Notes under the pieces: generated by a model
Seen by the model: the letters and a program-made list of their open reading frames with translations, nothing else
Told to the model about the DNA's origin: nothing
The model's database searches: none
Position numbers and translations under genes: made by a program
In this document: in pieces, positions 60,749 to 64,000 of the stretch
Layout: each line of letters begins with the position of its first letter
Position numbering within the stretch: position 1 is the first letter of the stretch
Origin: Felis catus
Taxonomy: Eukaryota
Reading direction: 5' to 3'
Assembly: GCF_018350175.1 (NCBI RefSeq)
Contig: NC_058375.1
Coordinates: 310,001-374,000 of the forward strand
Length of the DNA: 64,000 nucleotides

Positions 60749-60950
60749 TGGCTCAGCCGGTTGAGCATCCGACTTTCACTCAGGTCAGGATCTCGCAGTT
60801 TGTGAGTTCGAGCCCCGTGTCGGGCTCTGTGCTGACAGCTCAGAGCCTGGAGCCTGTTTCAGATTCTGTGTCTCCCTCTCTCTGCCCCTTCCCCGCTCAT
60901 GCTCTGTCTCTGTCTCTCAAAAATGAATAAACATTAAAAAAATTTTTTAA
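60749..60950 (+). mobile_element. 5'-truncated Can-SINE with TSD
   Basis: TSD atgttcacccta (60737-60748) vs atgttcgcccta (60951-60962). Confidence 0.92.
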
Positions 60951-61144
60951 ATGTTCGCCCTAAAATTAACACTCTGTAATACGCAAAAAATTCCCTGGGC
61001 AATTCAAATACCACCGTGTTTGTGCGTAATTAGGTGGCAAGGCTGGGTGCTTAATGAAGCTTACAGGACAGACACACAAAATAAGTAGATCCTGCCTGGT
61101 CAGTCACAAACTTTTCGCTCATTCTTGCTCTCAAAAGTATCAAC

Positions 61145-61338
61145 TTTTTTTTAAGTTTATTTATTGTTGAGAGAAAGAAAAAGCACAAGTGCAGGAGGGG
61201 CAGAGAGAGGTGGAGAGAGAGAGAGAGTCCCCAGCAGGCCCCACGCTGTCAGCGCAGAGCCCGATGCGGAGCTTGAACCCACAAACTGAAAGATCATGAC
61301 CTGAGCCAAAGTCGGGCGCTTAAGCACCCAGATGCCCC
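61145..61338 (-). mobile_element. Can-SINE, minus orientation
   Basis: Reverse SINE; flanks ctcaaaagtat / ctcaaaagcat are TSD-like. Confidence 0.88.
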
Positions 61339-62559
61339 TCAAAAGCATGTTCTTTAAAGTCACATTTATGATTCAACTACTCAGTTCAGGACAAAGAAAA
61401 AGCTCCCTGAGGACCCCTCCTTCGTCCCACTCAGTGCCCTCAGGGGCCCCTCTGGTCTACGGCACCTGCACAGACCCGTGAAGCAGGTCTCAGGTTCCCT
61501 GCAAATCCCCACAGACGGGGAACATGAAAAGCGTTATGCTGAAAGAAAAAGGGTGCAACATGAAAACAAATGGCAGGAGTACAGTGTCAGCACACGGGAG
61601 GTAAGGGAGCGCTGCCTGAACCAACGCCCGGCAGGCCGCGAGTCCCGCCAGCCTCACACGGACACACCTGTCATCTGCCCAGCACCCAAACACCCTGCTC
61701 CTCTCTTCTCCGCACCTCTCTCCCACTCTGAGTAAGCGTAATTCAGGTGACAAAGTGGCATGAGACCTTGGCCTGACCGACCAGATGGGCACGTGACACT
61801 CCCAAGCCCGAGCCTTTCACGGAAGTCTCTCCTTTCTCCACCAGGATTGCTTCACAGGCTGGATAGGGGCCCAGGGCCGGTGGAGACAGTCCCACTACCA
61901 CTCAGGCACCTGCCACACAGGTCAACACTTCAGAAAACAGCAGACTGCTGACTGCAAGCCCGAGGCACCATGCCCGAAGTCTACACAGCAAGTGTTCCAA
62001 CGATGCTCCTTTCTACTAAAGCCAGATTACACCAAGTCTCACTGACCTGGAACAAACACAGTACCCACCTGGCCCATCGCTGCGCTGTGTTCTCACGCAC
62101 TTAGTAGCTCTACTCCCACTAGGCTTTACCCCTCTTTGGCTGTTCCATGCCTGGGCCCAGAAAGTGGCTGGGAACTGGACTTGAATTAAATACAGACCAG
62201 CTAGGTGGCATCCAGTGAAAAAGGAGCTACAAGTTCACGTCTCTTGAAGCTGAGAGGGTGCAGGTAACCGGCAGAGGTGGAAAGTGGGCCGGCACAGAGG
62301 AGGAACTGGCCCAGGGCCCAACGTGAGCGCTAGTCGGCAAGGCCCACGGTGGAGCCAGCCGACTGGAGCTTCCCAGTCTTACGGCCTGAATTTTCTCTCA
62401 GCTACTACCCCAAGAGACATAACCCTAAGGACACTCATTCCTGCTGGAATTTACGGAACAGTTTGGGTACTGATTACGGGTGAAGCGGCGGGCTCGATGG
62501 CAGCCACCCCAACACCAATTCCCAGGATACATTTACAAACCAAGATCTATGCCGGCTAG

Positions 62560-63420
62560 TCCTGGAGGTGCCCGCAAGCGTGCCACTAACAGGAGGGCCT
62601 TCCGTGGGAGCCCCAGCCGTGAGGCCAACCAAATCCCCAAGCTGGCCGCAGGACCACCCCGGCCCGGAGCCCCGGGCGCCCCGCCGTAACCGACCTCAGG
62701 TTCCGCGCACGGAAGCTCCAGGCCCGGGCCCCTCGAGCGGCAGATCGAACGGCGACAAGCCCCGCGGCGGCCCCGCACCCTCCGCGCGGGCCGGTTCCAG
62801 CGGGGCGGACGCGCGGCCGAAGCCCCGGTTCAGGCCCGCGCCGCTGGCTCACCTCTCCCCGTCGCCGCGCGTGGGCCGCCGCCGCGCTCAGGCTCGCCGT
62901 GGTCGAGACCGGAGCAGGGAAGGAAGAGCGTGGCCCGCGCCGGAGAGTCTCACCGCGCCGGGAGCGAGCCCACCGCACCGCTGCAGCGCCTCCGCCACCG
63001 CCACCGCCGCCGCCTAAGCTTGCAAGATGGCCGTTCACGGGGCGGGCGGGGGAACTGTGCTCACCCCCACTTCCGATTCCGGTGCGCCGTGCCCCGGGGT
63101 GGCCGCTCTAGCCGGACGGGCGGACGTCGCCTGCGTCTCGCTGCCGCCTCGCGCCCCGCAAGGGAGAGAGCGTCGGCGCGTGCGCACTAGCGGGCAGCTC
63201 CTTGGGGCGGGGGCCGCGGGAAGGTGGGCGCATGCGCTTCGGCGGGCAGCTCCGGGCGGTCGGCTCTCTGGTGTCTCCGCTGATCTGGTCAGGCCGCCAG
63301 GGCCCTCCTGGGCATCTTTCCGCTACAGCGTTGTCGGCGGGCGGCCCCAGGGGTTGTCAGCGGCCGCAGGGGTCCCGGATCCCCTCACTCTGCACACTAC
63401 CTCCCCATGAACCCTGGCCG
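62560..63420. promoter_or_regulatory. CpG island / UBE2J2 promoter
   Basis: CpG-dense; YY1-type AAGATGGCCG at ~63023-63032; GC boxes. Confidence 0.85.
62954..63050 (-). other. UBE2J2: Probable non-coding exon 1 of UBE2J2 (5' end approximate)
   Basis: Donor GCG|GTGAGA at 62954/62953 downstream of a GGCGGCGGTGGCGG leader. A first exon is required because the ATG directly follows an acceptor. Confidence 0.6.
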
Positions 63421-64000
63421 AGAGCGGGGCGCGCCAATCCCAGGAAGACAGACAAGCTCCGTCAAAGGGTGTCTCCGGAGGTGCCGGCGTGAACTCCTCC
63501 TTGAGTTCACTGGGACCCCGACCCTCCCACCATGCTACCCTCCACGGGATGGGAGCAATCCGGCCTGGGGAGCGCAGTCCTTGTGCCCACTTAACAGGAG
63601 AGAGCTGGAGGCGCTAGAATCCTCCGGCCCCATCAGTAACTGAACCTGCCCAGGGCCCCTGAGAGTCACGTCCTGAATCTCCTTGTCTGGCCACCAGTGA
63701 GGCATGGGGATGGGGAGCATTGCCAGAACCTGGGCCAGGTGGGGTCTGCCATGGGCAAGCCTGGCCAGCCCCTGCCTATGGGGAGAGCTGGCCTCATAAA
63801 AATAGTTTCACTGTTTCCCCAACTGAATTTTCCACCCAGCCCATGAATGGGGTCATTATGCAACAGTGGACACTGCACTGAGGCTTGCTTTCTGCTCCCA
63901 CAGTCCCCTCCCTGGCCCTGGGGTGGGGGGGGGGGGAGGCAGAGCCTGGCCACTGTGAGTATGCCTGAAGCAGTTAGGTGCAGCTGCTGCTCCCAGGGCC

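Overview
This is eukaryotic, GC-rich genomic DNA from a felid (domestic cat or a close relative), judged from the carnivore tRNA-derived SINEs and a CD134 protein matching feline OX40 as I recall it. It is syntenic with human 1p36.33. I traced six genes by hand, with GT-AG boundaries and continuous reading frames: TNFRSF18/GITR (minus, exons 1-2 only; the rest lies off the left edge), TNFRSF4/OX40/CD134 (minus, 7 exons, 270 aa; the FIV primary receptor), SDF4/Cab45 (minus, 6 coding exons, 355 aa), B3GALT6 (plus, single exon, 329 codons including a 188-N gap), C1QTNF12/adipolin (minus, 8 exons, 307 aa) and UBE2J2 (minus, 6 coding exons, 259 aa). The window also holds 12 Can-SINEs, L1/L2/MLT remnants, CpG-island promoters and tandem repeats. 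Most ORFs in the supplied track are GC- or repeat-driven noise. I see no convincing wholly new gene or biological system. The best leads are: (i) a ~1.6 kb G-run-rich minisatellite with higher-order structure filling CD134 intron 1; (ii) two independent tandem duplications that copy a 5' splice donor (CD134 intron 3 and C1QTNF12 intron 7); (iii) a perfect 3x15-bp E-box/ETS repeat in the SDF4-B3GALT6 bidirectional promoter; (iv) paired canonical NF-kB sites 2 kb upstream of CD134; (v) apparent loss of the N-terminal N-glycosylation sequon of adipolin. All comparisons to other species are from memory and need checking by alignment.
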